Shown: positions 41,120 through 51,208 of the stretch, piece after piece
How the letters are laid out: each line of letters opens with the position of its first letter
How positions within the stretch are numbered: position 1 is the first letter of the stretch
Source of the DNA: Phormidium sp.
GTDB taxonomy: Bacteria; Cyanobacteriota; Cyanobacteriia; Cyanobacteriales; Aerosakkonemataceae
DNA: 64,000 nucleotides
NCBI GenBank assembly: GCA_051013385.1
Contig: CP143273.1
Location: 1,504,001 to 1,568,000 of the forward strand
Direction: 5' to 3'
Program-made: the position numbers and the translations under genes
The notes under the pieces: model-generated
The model's database searches: none
What the model saw: the letters and a program-made list of their open reading frames with translations, nothing else
Told to the model about the DNA's origin: nothing

Positions 41120-41743
41120 ATGAACAAAATAATTTCTTTTCTCAATCCTACTCGTTTGTTCCGAGTTTTAACTGTTTTTCTGGCTGGACTTTTAGTAATA
41201 GTTACCACTGCTTGTAGCGATGGCCCAGCAAACGCGCTAGACAAAAATGGCAGACCAGAAGTTCCGTCAAATGCTGTATCTTCTCCTTACAGAGGTGGGA
41301 TGAACGGTTATAGTGATGTCGATCCAAGAGCGAATACTTCCGGCCTAAATAGTAAGGCTAATGACATTGTAAATAAGGCGGAAGGAAATATCCAAAAGGG
41401 TGCTGACAGCTTTGAAAAATATGCCGACAACTATACCAGTGGTACACCGTTAAACGAAAGAGTTGAAAACCTGACAAAAGATATTGGTGAATCAACTAAA
41501 AACACGGCTAAAGATGTAACTAAGGGTACTCAACGTGGCGTAGAAAATGTGAAAGAAAATACCCAAAACGCTGCTAAATCTGTACCTAATGTTGTAGAAG
41601 AAGCCACACAAAATGCCAAAAATACTGCTCGTGATGCAGCTAAAGCAAGTGACAAAATTTCAAATTCTTTGAAATCTCAGGCAGACAAAGCTTTAGATAA
41701 TAGTCAGCGAGCTTTTAGTAACCACTCTGTAGATGTGGACTAA
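41120..41743 (+). CDS. Hydrophilic lipoprotein with LEA/apolipoprotein-like C-terminus
   Basis: RVLTVFLAG...TTAC lipobox, AGGAG RBS, K/N/A/T-rich amphipathic repeats. Confidence 0.8.
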   Translation: MNKIISFLNPTRLFRVLTVFLAGLLVIVTTACSDGPANALDKNGRPEVPSNAVSSPYRGGMNGYSDVDPRANTSGLNSKANDIVNKAEGNIQKGADSFEKYADNYTSGTPLNERVENLTKDIGESTKNTAKDVTKGTQRGVENVKENTQNAAKSVPNVVEEATQNAKNTARDAAKASDKISNSLKSQADKALDNSQRAFSNHSVDVD

Positions 41744-41779
41744 TTAGCGATCGCTCATTGATCACCACTACAAATAACG

Positions 41780-41826
41780 AATCAGGTAAGTTTCAGGGGA
41801 ATTAATGTAAACTTACCTGATTTTTG
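41780..41826 (+). terminator. Intrinsic terminator
   Basis: AATCAGGTAAGTTT / AAACTTACCTGATT followed by T-run. Confidence 0.65.
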
Positions 41827-41835
41827 TTTAGCTTA

Positions 41836-41940
41836 TAGGACTTACGCACCATAAGCCAAGAAACCCGGTTTTTCGTTACTACGAAGTACGCTGAAACAAC
41901 CCAATTACGTTAAAAAACCGGGTTGGGAGCGTAAGTCCTA
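41836..41940. mobile_element. 105-bp MITE with 12-bp TIRs and target duplication
   Basis: TAGGACTTACGC / GCGTAAGTCCTA; GCTTA duplicated at 41831-41835 and 41941-41945; inner AACCCGGTTTTT / AAAAACCGGGTT. Confidence 0.85.
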
Positions 41941-41945
41941 GCTTA

Positions 41946-44534
41946 TTAGAGGCTGGCTTGGATGTCAAAGCCAAGTATACGCCTTACAGGATCTTCTGGG
42001 TTGGGTTCTGGGAAAGTGTTATCTCTGTAAGCGTTAATTCCGTAAGTATTTACTGAGAGTTTGTTGCCGTCGCCACTAATATCAAGAGTGACGTAATTAA
42101 AGGTATCTGGTGAATAAAAATCAACTGGTTGACGCAGAGTATTGGCGTTAGGATCGCCTTCGCGAAATACGTTTTCTAAACCGGGGAAGTTGGGATTTAA
42201 TCCTAGTGGATCGGCTCCTCTTGCTTGCTGTTGAGCAACTATTCCATCGGCTAAAGATTTAATATTTTCAAAGCTGCGATCGCTAATTAAACCAGGGCCA
42301 AAAGCGGCTAAGGGACCACCAACTACTGTAAAAGTGTGAGGAACTTGAACGCGAGAACCTGTTACTGGATCGAAATAAGTTAGTTCGTTAACGCGGAATT
42401 CGTGATCGTCGGCGCTAAGAAATACGACGTTTTTAATTTGGTTATCGGCAATAAATTTGAGTATTTCGTTGCGTTCGGCACGATATCCACCAATCCAAGT
42501 TTTTCCGGTGTCTAAGGGGATGATTTTGTTGCCGCTAGTGCTGGCATTTTCATCTATTGGTGTGGAAATGGCGATAATTTTCCAGGTGGTGTTGTCATTT
42601 TTGGCTTGTAATAGTGTTTGTTTAAGCCAGTCTAATTGGGTGTCGCCTAACATGGTTCGATCGGGATTGTTGGCGCGATCGCCTGTGTCATCTACAGTTC
42701 TTCCTTGATCGTTAATTCTCCTCATGCGAATGTCACGATAAGAGCGATCGTCTACATTAATAAAAACAGCATTTGCTCCCCATTTTTGGGCAAAATATAA
42801 TTTGTCAGTGCCATTAGTATTCGGATCGTTGGGTGTAGAAGTTTTCACTTCTCTGATTGGTTGATAATCTTTATAAGCTTGCAACACTACATCTTGAAAT
42901 CCGGGAGTTTTATTAATAAAAGTCCCAGTATTATTGACATCAAAAATCGGATTTGTCCCATCTACACCCGCACCCGCAGGAACACCAGCAGGCGCACCTC
43001 CATTAGCAAATTGTCGATCGCCAAGTTCGTGATTATCTAATAGTGTGTAGTTAGCTTGAGAAGCATAAAGTGATTGTAAACTTGGGAATCCACCGGGATT
43101 TACTGGTAACAAATTTTCTAAATATTTCCGACGATAATCAGCTAAACTTTGAGCCGGATCGATAAAGGGATCTGCTGTTGCGGGAGAGTTACCTAACCCA
43201 GTATTGGGATTACCACTTCTGGTTTCATAAATGACATCGCCTAAGTAAACAAAGAAGTCTAAATTTAACTTAGGGAATTCTTTACTTAAATTGTAAGGTC
43301 GCCATTCACCTGCTGTATCAGCACTAAAAGCCATGCGAACAGGTACTTTATCTGTGGGGTTGGGTGCGGTTTTAAAGGTTCCTATTTGGCTGATTTGTCC
43401 TCCGGGTGCTAGGAAGCGATAATAATAACGAGTGTTGCTTTGTAAGAAGGTGTTGTCTATTTTTATGGTGTAGTCGCGATCGGGTTTTGTTTGAGTAACA
43501 AAGGTATTTTTAATGTTAGTAAATTGGGGATCTGTGGCAACTTGTACTACTAAATCGCTGACTTTACCTCTTTGAGTGGAAGCATCGGCAGTTCTTGTCC
43601 AGAGAATAGCACTATTTTCTGTGGCATCTCCAGATGCTACGGCGTTGAAAAGAAGATTATTACTAAAGTTGGAATTGCGTACTTCTCTTAAACCATTGGT
43701 GACAAAATGTTGATATGCTTGCAGGGAATTGAAACCTGCATTTCTTAAGTCTTGATTATTAGCTAAGTAGTAATCAACGTTAAGAAATGGCGAGGAAATG
43801 CGCCTTTCGTTTAATCCGAATATTTGGAAATGTTCCAATAATTGTCGATCGCTTAAATTAGCTGCTACTAAATCCGGGTACAACTGACGGTAGTAACTCA
43901 AATCCAAAGGAACAGAAAAATCTCTACCTTCATTTAATCCAAGAGTTACAAAATGCTGTAATGCTTGATAGCGATCGCCTGCAAATGCCGCATTAACATC
44001 AGAGTTATTTTGTAAATAAAAACCAGGCTCAAAAAATTCACTAAATAATCTGCCTTCTCTGATGCCATTAAGTACTAAATGCCGTAATGCTTGCGATCGA
44101 TTTCCCTGAAACTCAGTATTAACATCGGCATTAGTTGCTAAGTAAAAATCTAAGTTAGCCACCGGGGAAAATTTGCGTCTTTCATTGACTCCTAAACTTT
44201 GTAAATGAGTCAGTGCTTGTTCCCGATTTCCACCAAAAGCCTGCTTTAAATCGGCATTACTATTAAGATAGAAATTTACATCTACCAACGGTGAAAATAA
44301 TCTCCCCTCTTGCACGCCAAAATTTTCTAAATGTTGCAAAAGTTGTCGATTATCTAAACCAGCTAAATCTCGATTATTAGCTTGATAAAATTTTAAATCC
44401 ACTAAGGGAGAAAAAGCTCGACCTTCGGTTAACCCCGAATTAATAAAATGAGCAAAAGCTTGTCTGTCAGTTAATACTGCTAAGTCAGAATTAGCAGCCC
44501 GGTAAAAGTTTACATCAAATAGGTTAACGCTCAT
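41946..44534 (-). CDS. phoD: PhoD-family alkaline phosphatase with seven N-terminal ~40-aa repeats
   Basis: VASGD....AILWTR, YLGDVIY, LDNHE, RTMLG..QLDWLK, VVFLSADDH; repeats FY---N-D(L/V)...H----G--EGR. Confidence 0.85.
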   Translation of the reverse strand: MSVNLFDVNFYRAANSDLAVLTDRQAFAHFINSGLTEGRAFSPLVDLKFYQANNRDLAGLDNRQLLQHLENFGVQEGRLFSPLVDVNFYLNSNADLKQAFGGNREQALTHLQSLGVNERRKFSPVANLDFYLATNADVNTEFQGNRSQALRHLVLNGIREGRLFSEFFEPGFYLQNNSDVNAAFAGDRYQALQHFVTLGLNEGRDFSVPLDLSYYRQLYPDLVAANLSDRQLLEHFQIFGLNERRISSPFLNVDYYLANNQDLRNAGFNSLQAYQHFVTNGLREVRNSNFSNNLLFNAVASGDATENSAILWTRTADASTQRGKVSDLVVQVATDPQFTNIKNTFVTQTKPDRDYTIKIDNTFLQSNTRYYYRFLAPGGQISQIGTFKTAPNPTDKVPVRMAFSADTAGEWRPYNLSKEFPKLNLDFFVYLGDVIYETRSGNPNTGLGNSPATADPFIDPAQSLADYRRKYLENLLPVNPGGFPSLQSLYASQANYTLLDNHELGDRQFANGGAPAGVPAGAGVDGTNPIFDVNNTGTFINKTPGFQDVVLQAYKDYQPIREVKTSTPNDPNTNGTDKLYFAQKWGANAVFINVDDRSYRDIRMRRINDQGRTVDDTGDRANNPDRTMLGDTQLDWLKQTLLQAKNDNTTWKIIAISTPIDENASTSGNKIIPLDTGKTWIGGYRAERNEILKFIADNQIKNVVFLSADDHEFRVNELTYFDPVTGSRVQVPHTFTVVGGPLAAFGPGLISDRSFENIKSLADGIVAQQQARGADPLGLNPNFPGLENVFREGDPNANTLRQPVDFYSPDTFNYVTLDISGDGNKLSVNTYGINAYRDNTFPEPNPEDPVRRILGFDIQASL

Positions 44535-45002
44535 ACATACCTTGACTTTTGTTTACAATTTTCCTTGCATTGATCGAGATCAGAAATACCCATTTAATAG
44601 CCATACTTCTGACAAGTCTTATATTTAGTATTTAGCTATTTGCGATCGGCAAATATAAATAGTTTATAAAAATTTAGTTAATAAATTTTAGGTTTTTTGT
44701 TAATATTTGATATAGTTTGTAACTAAAATTCAATCACGTTAACGTCTAGTGGTATGATATTTGCCAGTACTTAGTCGATTAATTCCGCCTTTGAGAGACT
44801 GGGTTAAATCATGGGTAATTTTAATTGAGCAACTGCACTTTGGCAGATTAAAATAACAGATGAGCTTTCACTAAATAGCTCAGTTTGTCTACTTAAACGG
44901 GCAAATATCAAAGCCAATAAATAAGCAAAATTTATCCGGGCACTACTAGCCAACAGATATTCATTGCTCTCAGGTAGTTTTTGTTAATTTGGAAAAAGAA
45001 TT

Positions 45003-46373
45003 ATGTTGACTAACAGCGACCTATTTAACGAAACTTTTTATCGCCAGACTAACGCCGATGTAGGAGCAGCTATTTCCAACGGTTTTTTCCGCAATGGTTT
45101 AGAACACTTTCTGCAATTTGGGCAATTTGAAAAACGAAATCCTAGTGCTTTTTTTGATACAGCTTATTATCTGCAACAAAATATTGATGTAGCTAATGTA
45201 GTAAATGCTAATACTACTACAGCATTTGCACATTTTCTTAGTGCGGGACAAAAAGAAGGAAGAAACCCTTTTTCTTTGTTTGATAACAGCTTTTATTTGA
45301 GCAATAACACAGATGTTAATGCAGCAGTTGGCAGAGATGAAATTACCGGGATTCAACACTATATTAAAAATGGTGCCCAAGAAGGTCGAAATCCTAGCCG
45401 CTTTTTTAATAACAGCTTTTATCTTCAGCGGAATTCAGATGTGGCTCAGGCAGTACAAACAGACGCAATTAGTGGAGTAGGACACTATATTCAGTATGGT
45501 CAATTTGAAGGCAGAATTCCGCGCCTGCTGTTTAGTCAAATGTTTGTTTTTGGCGATAGTCTTTCGGATGTTGGCAATACTTTTGCCTTAACTCAAGGTG
45601 CAGTTCCGCCTACTCCACCTTATTTTAATGGGCGTTTTTCTAATGGCCCCGTTTGGGTGGAATATTTAGCACCAACATTAGGATTAACTGTTAATCCAGC
45701 TAATAATTTTGCCCTGGGTGGTGCAACAACTGGTACGCAAAATTCAGCTGGTATTGCTGGGGAAACTGCTTTACCGGGATTACAGCAACAAATTGATGGT
45801 TTTGTTGATACTAATCGTCAGGTTGATCCTAATGCGCTGTATGTAGTTTATGGGGGCGCTAATGATTATTTGGGATCGGGAGTAACTGACATAACAAGTG
45901 TTGTAAATAATTTAGCTACTGCGGTAACAAAACTTGCGGCTGTAGGGGCAAGAAACTTTATGGTTCCGAATTTACCAAATTTAGCAGCCAACCCTGGAAC
46001 AGCGAGTAGAGGGCCAATAGCACAACAAATTTTCACTCAACTATCAGCGGCTCATAATAGTACTTTAGATGCAAGTTTAGCAACTTTGGAACAAAATCGT
46101 AAGATCAATATTATTCCGGTTGATGTATTTAGGCTGGTTAATAATGCGATCGCCAATCCCGCTGCTTTTGGCTTCACAAATGTCACTGCTAATGTAGTAC
46201 CCGGAGCAGGTATAGACCCAAGTTTGCGCGGTTTTCCCATCCCACCTGAAATTAATCCAAACCAATATTTATTCTGGGATTTAATCCACCCGACAACTCG
46301 CACTCACTCTTTTGTTGCTGACACAGCTTTGAAAGCAACTACTGCTGTTAAAGAAGTTGTACAAATTCTCTAA
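45003..46373 (+). CDS. SGNH/GDSL hydrolase with four N-terminal ~42-aa repeats
   Basis: FGDSLSDVGN, GRFSNGPVW, GGANDY, FWDLIHPT. Confidence 0.9.
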   Translation: MLTNSDLFNETFYRQTNADVGAAISNGFFRNGLEHFLQFGQFEKRNPSAFFDTAYYLQQNIDVANVVNANTTTAFAHFLSAGQKEGRNPFSLFDNSFYLSNNTDVNAAVGRDEITGIQHYIKNGAQEGRNPSRFFNNSFYLQRNSDVAQAVQTDAISGVGHYIQYGQFEGRIPRLLFSQMFVFGDSLSDVGNTFALTQGAVPPTPPYFNGRFSNGPVWVEYLAPTLGLTVNPANNFALGGATTGTQNSAGIAGETALPGLQQQIDGFVDTNRQVDPNALYVVYGGANDYLGSGVTDITSVVNNLATAVTKLAAVGARNFMVPNLPNLAANPGTASRGPIAQQIFTQLSAAHNSTLDASLATLEQNRKINIIPVDVFRLVNNAIANPAAFGFTNVTANVVPGAGIDPSLRGFPIPPEINPNQYLFWDLIHPTTRTHSFVADTALKATTAVKEVVQIL

Positions 46374-46453
46374 AAAGGTTTCTACTTTGTTGTAAGGAAT
46401 TCAGCCCTTAACTCCTGTAAAAATAGGACTGAAGTCCTCACAACAGACCTTTT

Positions 46454-48151
46454 TTACTTTAAGAATTCTCTGGTTTCAGTTATCTGCGTCCAGGTATTGT
46501 TAGTGTCGGTGCCTAGTCCGCGATCGCACAAAATATCCCCCATTGTCATCCGCTCAGTATTACCTAAGAAATGCTGTTCATTACTGAAATCCACAAGAGG
46601 AGATTGCTGGATAACACTATAAGAAGGTACTAAAGAATCAGCCTCACTTTGACCATGAATGATTAAATCTGCATCTACCCCAGCAATGCTCTGAGTTACT
46701 GGCACATTTTCCCCAATAAAATCACCAGTTATCCCATCAATTTCATCTCCAGTCAAACTATCAACAGTGGCGCTAGCAACTTGACTGGAATTAGCAGAAA
46801 AACTACTATTCAAAACTTGACTTGATGGCTGAACAACAGCGGAATTGGCAGTTTTAGTTAAAATTCTTTCCACTTGTACAGGTGTGAGATTGGGATTAGC
46901 ACTTAAAACTAATGCTGCTACTCCCGCAACATGAGGCGATGCCATTGAAGTACCACTCATACTTTTGTAGCTATTACCCAGAAAAGTAGAGTAAATACCC
47001 ACCCCTGGAGCATCCACATAATCTAAAGGTAACTTTCCTGATAAATCAGAAAAACTTGCCATTTGATTATTTTTATTTACTGCACCTACAGCAATACCAA
47101 AATGGGTAGCATATCTAGCTGGAAAGCCTGGTTGAAGTTGGCTTGCATTTCCTGCCGCAGAAACTACAATTGCTCCTTTTTGGGCCGCATATTTAATAGC
47201 TGAAGCTTCTGCTGGAGTACTAATATCTGTACCTAAACTAAGATTAATTACTTTCGCTCCATTATCCGCAGCATAGCGAATTCCCGCAGCTACATCAAGT
47301 AGAGAACCATTGCCAGAAGCATCCAGAACTCTTACAGGCATAATTTTGGCATTGGGTGCTACTCCAGTTGCACCAAAACCATTATTTTCTGCGGCAATTG
47401 TACCTGCAACGTGAGTACCATGTCCTTGTAAATCCATTGGATCGTTATCTTTATTAACGAAATCCCAACCTCGGACATCATCTATATAACCGTTGCCATC
47501 ATCATCTTTTCCGTTCCCGGAAATTTCTTTGGTATTAACCCAAATATTCCCATCTAAATCACTGTGTTTATAATCAACTCCAGTATCTATAACAGCGACA
47601 ACAATTCCTTGCCCAGTGTAACCTTTACTCCAAGTTTCGGGCGCGTTAATCGCATCCAAATTCCAACTATTTCCACCTAAATTGGCAACTTCTGCAAAGG
47701 CAGCTTTTCCGGTAGCAGAGGCAACAGCAGCGGCAGAATTCGCTAAACCAAAACCAGAGATACTACTATAGGGAATTGGTGAAGCTGCTCGTCCTTGTGC
47801 AAAACCACTTTTATTGAAATGATCCCAAAGTTCTTTGTTAGACAAACCAGCTAAATCAGCATTTTTTTGACGGTAATAATTAAGGTCTAGATAAGGAGAA
47901 AAAACTCGCCCTTCATTGATACCATTATTTACTAAATGTTCTAACAATTGACGATTGTTCAAACCAGCCAATCCAGAGTTGTTTTGCTGATAAAATTTTA
48001 GGTCTATAAAAGGTGAAAAAACTCTCCCTTGATCGACTCCTACTGTATTGAAGTGGTTTAATAGTTGAGCATCACTCAAATTAGCCAAATCAGCATTGCT
48101 TTGGCGGTAAAAATTAACATCAACAAAATCTGAAAAGTTTCCGGTAGCCAT
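46454..48151 (-). CDS. S8 subtilisin-like protease with three N-terminal ~39-aa repeats
   Basis: VIDTG, HGTHVAG, AAGN, GTSMASPHVAG. Confidence 0.93.
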   Translation of the reverse strand: MATGNFSDFVDVNFYRQSNADLANLSDAQLLNHFNTVGVDQGRVFSPFIDLKFYQQNNSGLAGLNNRQLLEHLVNNGINEGRVFSPYLDLNYYRQKNADLAGLSNKELWDHFNKSGFAQGRAASPIPYSSISGFGLANSAAAVASATGKAAFAEVANLGGNSWNLDAINAPETWSKGYTGQGIVVAVIDTGVDYKHSDLDGNIWVNTKEISGNGKDDDGNGYIDDVRGWDFVNKDNDPMDLQGHGTHVAGTIAAENNGFGATGVAPNAKIMPVRVLDASGNGSLLDVAAGIRYAADNGAKVINLSLGTDISTPAEASAIKYAAQKGAIVVSAAGNASQLQPGFPARYATHFGIAVGAVNKNNQMASFSDLSGKLPLDYVDAPGVGIYSTFLGNSYKSMSGTSMASPHVAGVAALVLSANPNLTPVQVERILTKTANSAVVQPSSQVLNSSFSANSSQVASATVDSLTGDEIDGITGDFIGENVPVTQSIAGVDADLIIHGQSEADSLVPSYSVIQQSPLVDFSNEQHFLGNTERMTMGDILCDRGLGTDTNNTWTQITETREFLK

Positions 48152-48700
48152 AATGTTAATGATTCACTTTATGCTGCACGCATAAAGACATTTCTGGGTT
48201 GAAATTGGAGGAAATCCTCACACAAAAATATTTCTCGATCGCAGTCCTCTGGTTGAAAGAAACAGCTATGTTTGGCTGACTCTAACAGATCAACAAGCCC
48301 AGAAAACCTAGCTTATATTACCCAAACTTCTAACCGGAACTAACATAATTTACTGAAAAAAATGAGGTTAATTAATGTATTGGTTATATTTGGCGATCGC
48401 TTTCTCAGTGAAAATATTTACTGATTGATTAACTTGAGAATTAGTTAGGTTTTTTAGTAATAAATAATCTCTAATTTAGTCAACAAAAACTTGATTAATC
48501 GGGCAATCTGAATCATTTTTCACCGGACTAACTTGAGAATATTTCGGCTAAATAAGATTTGTCAAAGAATTAATCAATGTAGTTTTAGTTACCAGCTAAT
48601 TTTCTGAATTCTGTAATGGGAATGATGAAAAATCTTAATAATTATGTTATGTTTAACAAACTCTACAATAAAGTTACAAATAGTGAGATAAGAACATCAA

Positions 48701-49036
48701 GAGGCAGAGCCTCTGTTTTTCGTTCCCAGGTTGAACCTGGGAACGAGATCGCAAGATTTCAGAGGTTCTACCTCCCCTGGTGCAAGATATGAAAGAAACC
48801 CGGTTTCGCAGAAGTTACCGGGTTTCTTTGTACCTCAGTTACCTGAAAAGTGCTGTATGAAAATATAGAGACGTTTTATGCAACGTCTCTACAGTAAAGT
48901 AATTTGATTTTTGGCAACAGTAAATCCGAAAGATATTACCCTTTTTCGCTGATTTTTTGGATCAAAAAGGGGTCAAGCTTTGTCATACCATGTCCCGTCT
49001 ACCCACCTGTAGAGACGTTATATATAACGTCTCTAC
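48701..49036. repeat. Cluster of several palindromic repeat families and MITE end fragments
   Basis: GAGGCAGAGCCTC, CGTTCCCAGG-TTGAA-CCTGGGAACG, TGGTGCAAGAT, AAGAAACCCGG..CCGGGTTTCTT, two TAGAGACGTT..AACGTCTCTA. Confidence 0.8.
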
Positions 49037-49066
49037 AGGCTCGTGGAAAAAAGATATTATGGCTGA

Positions 49067-50311
49067 TCAACCAGACATGATATCATACCAACTTTGCAAG
49101 GCTAATCGATGTATTTCTCGCCAACTAATGTTTTTTTCCTTGGCTAATTGGGCGCAATCTTCGTATTCTGGTTGAACATTAGTAATATTGCCATTCGTAC
49201 CAGCAATTTTTACTCTGACTTTGCCATAAAGTGTTGAGACTGTTTGAATTTCCCGTTGGAGAATTGACCTTTGTTGAATAGAACGGCGAATTCCTAAAGT
49301 TGTGGTTTCTTGGAAGAGAACTGTTTCGCAAGCTGATTGGGTTTCGGGATGACAGATGACAGTTAATAACACGCCTTGGCGGGATTTTTTCATAACAATT
49401 GGTTGAGTGAAAACATCCAAAGCGCCTGCTGTGAATAAAGCATCAAAAGTGTAGGCGATCGCTTGGGGACTCAAATCATCAATTTGCGTCTCCAAAACCG
49501 CAATTGTTTCTAATTCCGTATTTGTTGCCTGGTAATTATTAGTAGTAGCTGAGGGGACTTCTTCACCAATCCATAATCTGAGAATATTGGGAATAGGTAA
49601 TTGCCGAGAACCTGCACCCAAACCAACTTTTTGAATAGTCATTGGTGGAGGGGAACCAAAAGCAGAGGCGAGAGTAACTGCGATCGCAGCGCCCGTTGGC
49701 GTAACCAATTCCTTTTCAATTCCATTACTATAAACTGGCACTTGCCGATATGACCACAACTTTAACACCGCAGGCGTGGGGACTGGCATTTGACCATGAG
49801 CCGCTTTAATTGTACCCCCACCAACAGGCAAAGGCGAACAATAAAATTGCTCAAATCCTAACCAATCTAAACCCAAACAAGTACCAACAATATCAACGAT
49901 CGCATCAGTCGCCCCTACCTCATGAAAATGCACTTTTTCCGGCGCGACACCATGAACAGCACCTTCTGCTTCTGCCAATTTCCGAAACACAGCTAAACTC
50001 ATAGTTTCTGCCTGACTAGGCAAACTGGCTGCTAAAATTATCCTTTCTATTTCTGGCAAATGGCGGGCATGAATATGATGATCTTCATGGTGATGATGAG
50101 CGTGGTCATCAGTTAAATCTACATGAACTTTTGTCGCTTCCTGACCATTGCGATGCACCAACTCTGCCCGTAATTGGTATTCATCAGAAATTCCCAAAAG
50201 ACTAAGCTTTTCTATTAAGTAATCCAAAGGAACGCCAGTATGAACTAGTGCGCCTAAACACATATCTCCAGCAATTCCAGTCGGGCATTCCAGGTAAGCT
50301 ACTTTTTTCAT
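49067..50311 (-). CDS. larC: Nickel pincer cofactor biosynthesis protein LarC
   Basis: GIAGDM.LGAL, His-rich tract, VHFHEVGA.D, ELVTPTG, ETQIDD, ETTTLGIR, PEYED. Confidence 0.93.
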   Translation of the reverse strand: MKKVAYLECPTGIAGDMCLGALVHTGVPLDYLIEKLSLLGISDEYQLRAELVHRNGQEATKVHVDLTDDHAHHHHEDHHIHARHLPEIERIILAASLPSQAETMSLAVFRKLAEAEGAVHGVAPEKVHFHEVGATDAIVDIVGTCLGLDWLGFEQFYCSPLPVGGGTIKAAHGQMPVPTPAVLKLWSYRQVPVYSNGIEKELVTPTGAAIAVTLASAFGSPPPMTIQKVGLGAGSRQLPIPNILRLWIGEEVPSATTNNYQATNTELETIAVLETQIDDLSPQAIAYTFDALFTAGALDVFTQPIVMKKSRQGVLLTVICHPETQSACETVLFQETTTLGIRRSIQQRSILQREIQTVSTLYGKVRVKIAGTNGNITNVQPEYEDCAQLAKEKNISWREIHRLALQSWYDIMSG

Positions 50312-50345
50312 TTGCCTTTGTGATTAGTCATTAGTTATTGAATTT

Positions 50346-50378
50346 AGATCCCCGACTTCTTGAAGAATTCGGGGATCT
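50346..50378. repeat. Palindromic repeat AGATCCCCGA...TCGGGGATCT
   Basis: Inverted arms read directly, between divergent genes. Confidence 0.7.
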
Positions 50379-50548
50379 GACGGCAGTTTTGAATAAAAGT
50401 ACCCAAGATGGTACTTTCAAAGCTTGAGAACATAATTGATAATGTAAAAGATTGTAGACGATTACCTGTTAACAGGCAGCGGTGTGGTGTACTCCTATGT
50501 CATAGTCATGGATAATTTTTCAAGAGGAATACCTACTAGCGAAAAATT

Positions 50549-51208
50549 ATGGCTACAGTTTACCAAATTCACCCAGATACACCCCAAACTCGGATTGTAG
50601 AGCAGATCAAGGACGACCTCAAAGGTGGGGCGGTAATGCTATACCCGACGGATACAGTTTATGCGATCGGGTGCGACATATCTTCTAAATCAGCAATTCA
50701 AAGAGTCAGGCGCATCAAACAAATGTCAAATGATAAGCCTCTCACTTTCCTCTGTCCCTCTTTATCTGATGTAGCTACCTACGCTTTTGTGACAGATACA
50801 GCTTACCGGATGATGAAACGCCTGATTCCAGGGCCTTACACCTTCATTTTACCGACAACCAAGCTAGTACCCCAAATCGTCATGAATCCAAAGCGTAAAA
50901 CTACCGGAATTCGAGTTCCAGATCATCCGGTGTGTCTAGCGTTGCTGAATGCTATAGGTAATCCGATTATTTCCACTTCCGCCCATGTGTTAGATCAGGA
51001 TGAGTCTGCGCCAATTTCTGTGGAAAAAAATGGTCACTTCTCCCAGGCGGAACTGTTCGACCACCTAGAAAAATTAGTCAATATCATTGTGGATAATGGC
51101 GAGGAACCACGTTATGTAGGTTCGACGATTCTAGACCTCACTAGTGAAACACCCGAAATCACACGCCAAGGAATAGGATGGGAAACTGCTGCGACTTGGC
51201 TATCGTAG
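50549..51208 (+). CDS. Sua5/YciO/YrdC family protein (threonylcarbamoyl-AMP synthase-like)
   Basis: YPTDTVYAIGC, PGPYTFIL, GIRVPD, ISTSA, STILDL. Confidence 0.9.
   Translation: MATVYQIHPDTPQTRIVEQIKDDLKGGAVMLYPTDTVYAIGCDISSKSAIQRVRRIKQMSNDKPLTFLCPSLSDVATYAFVTDTAYRMMKRLIPGPYTFILPTTKLVPQIVMNPKRKTTGIRVPDHPVCLALLNAIGNPIISTSAHVLDQDESAPISVEKNGHFSQAELFDHLEKLVNIIVDNGEEPRYVGSTILDLTSETPEITRQGIGWETAATWLS

Noticed and set aside
44535..45002. Pho (SphR) box upstream of phoD
   Set aside because: TTAAC-like words are present but not in a convincing 11-bp-spaced series in this AT-rich spacer
37810..49066. Integrative island at tRNA-Leu
   Set aside because: No integrase and no duplicated tRNA 3' end seen; HIP1 sites present as in the rest of the window
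49067..50311. Lone larC as a novel nickel-cofactor cluster
   Set aside because: Dispersed lar genes are common in cyanobacteria; no partner genes here
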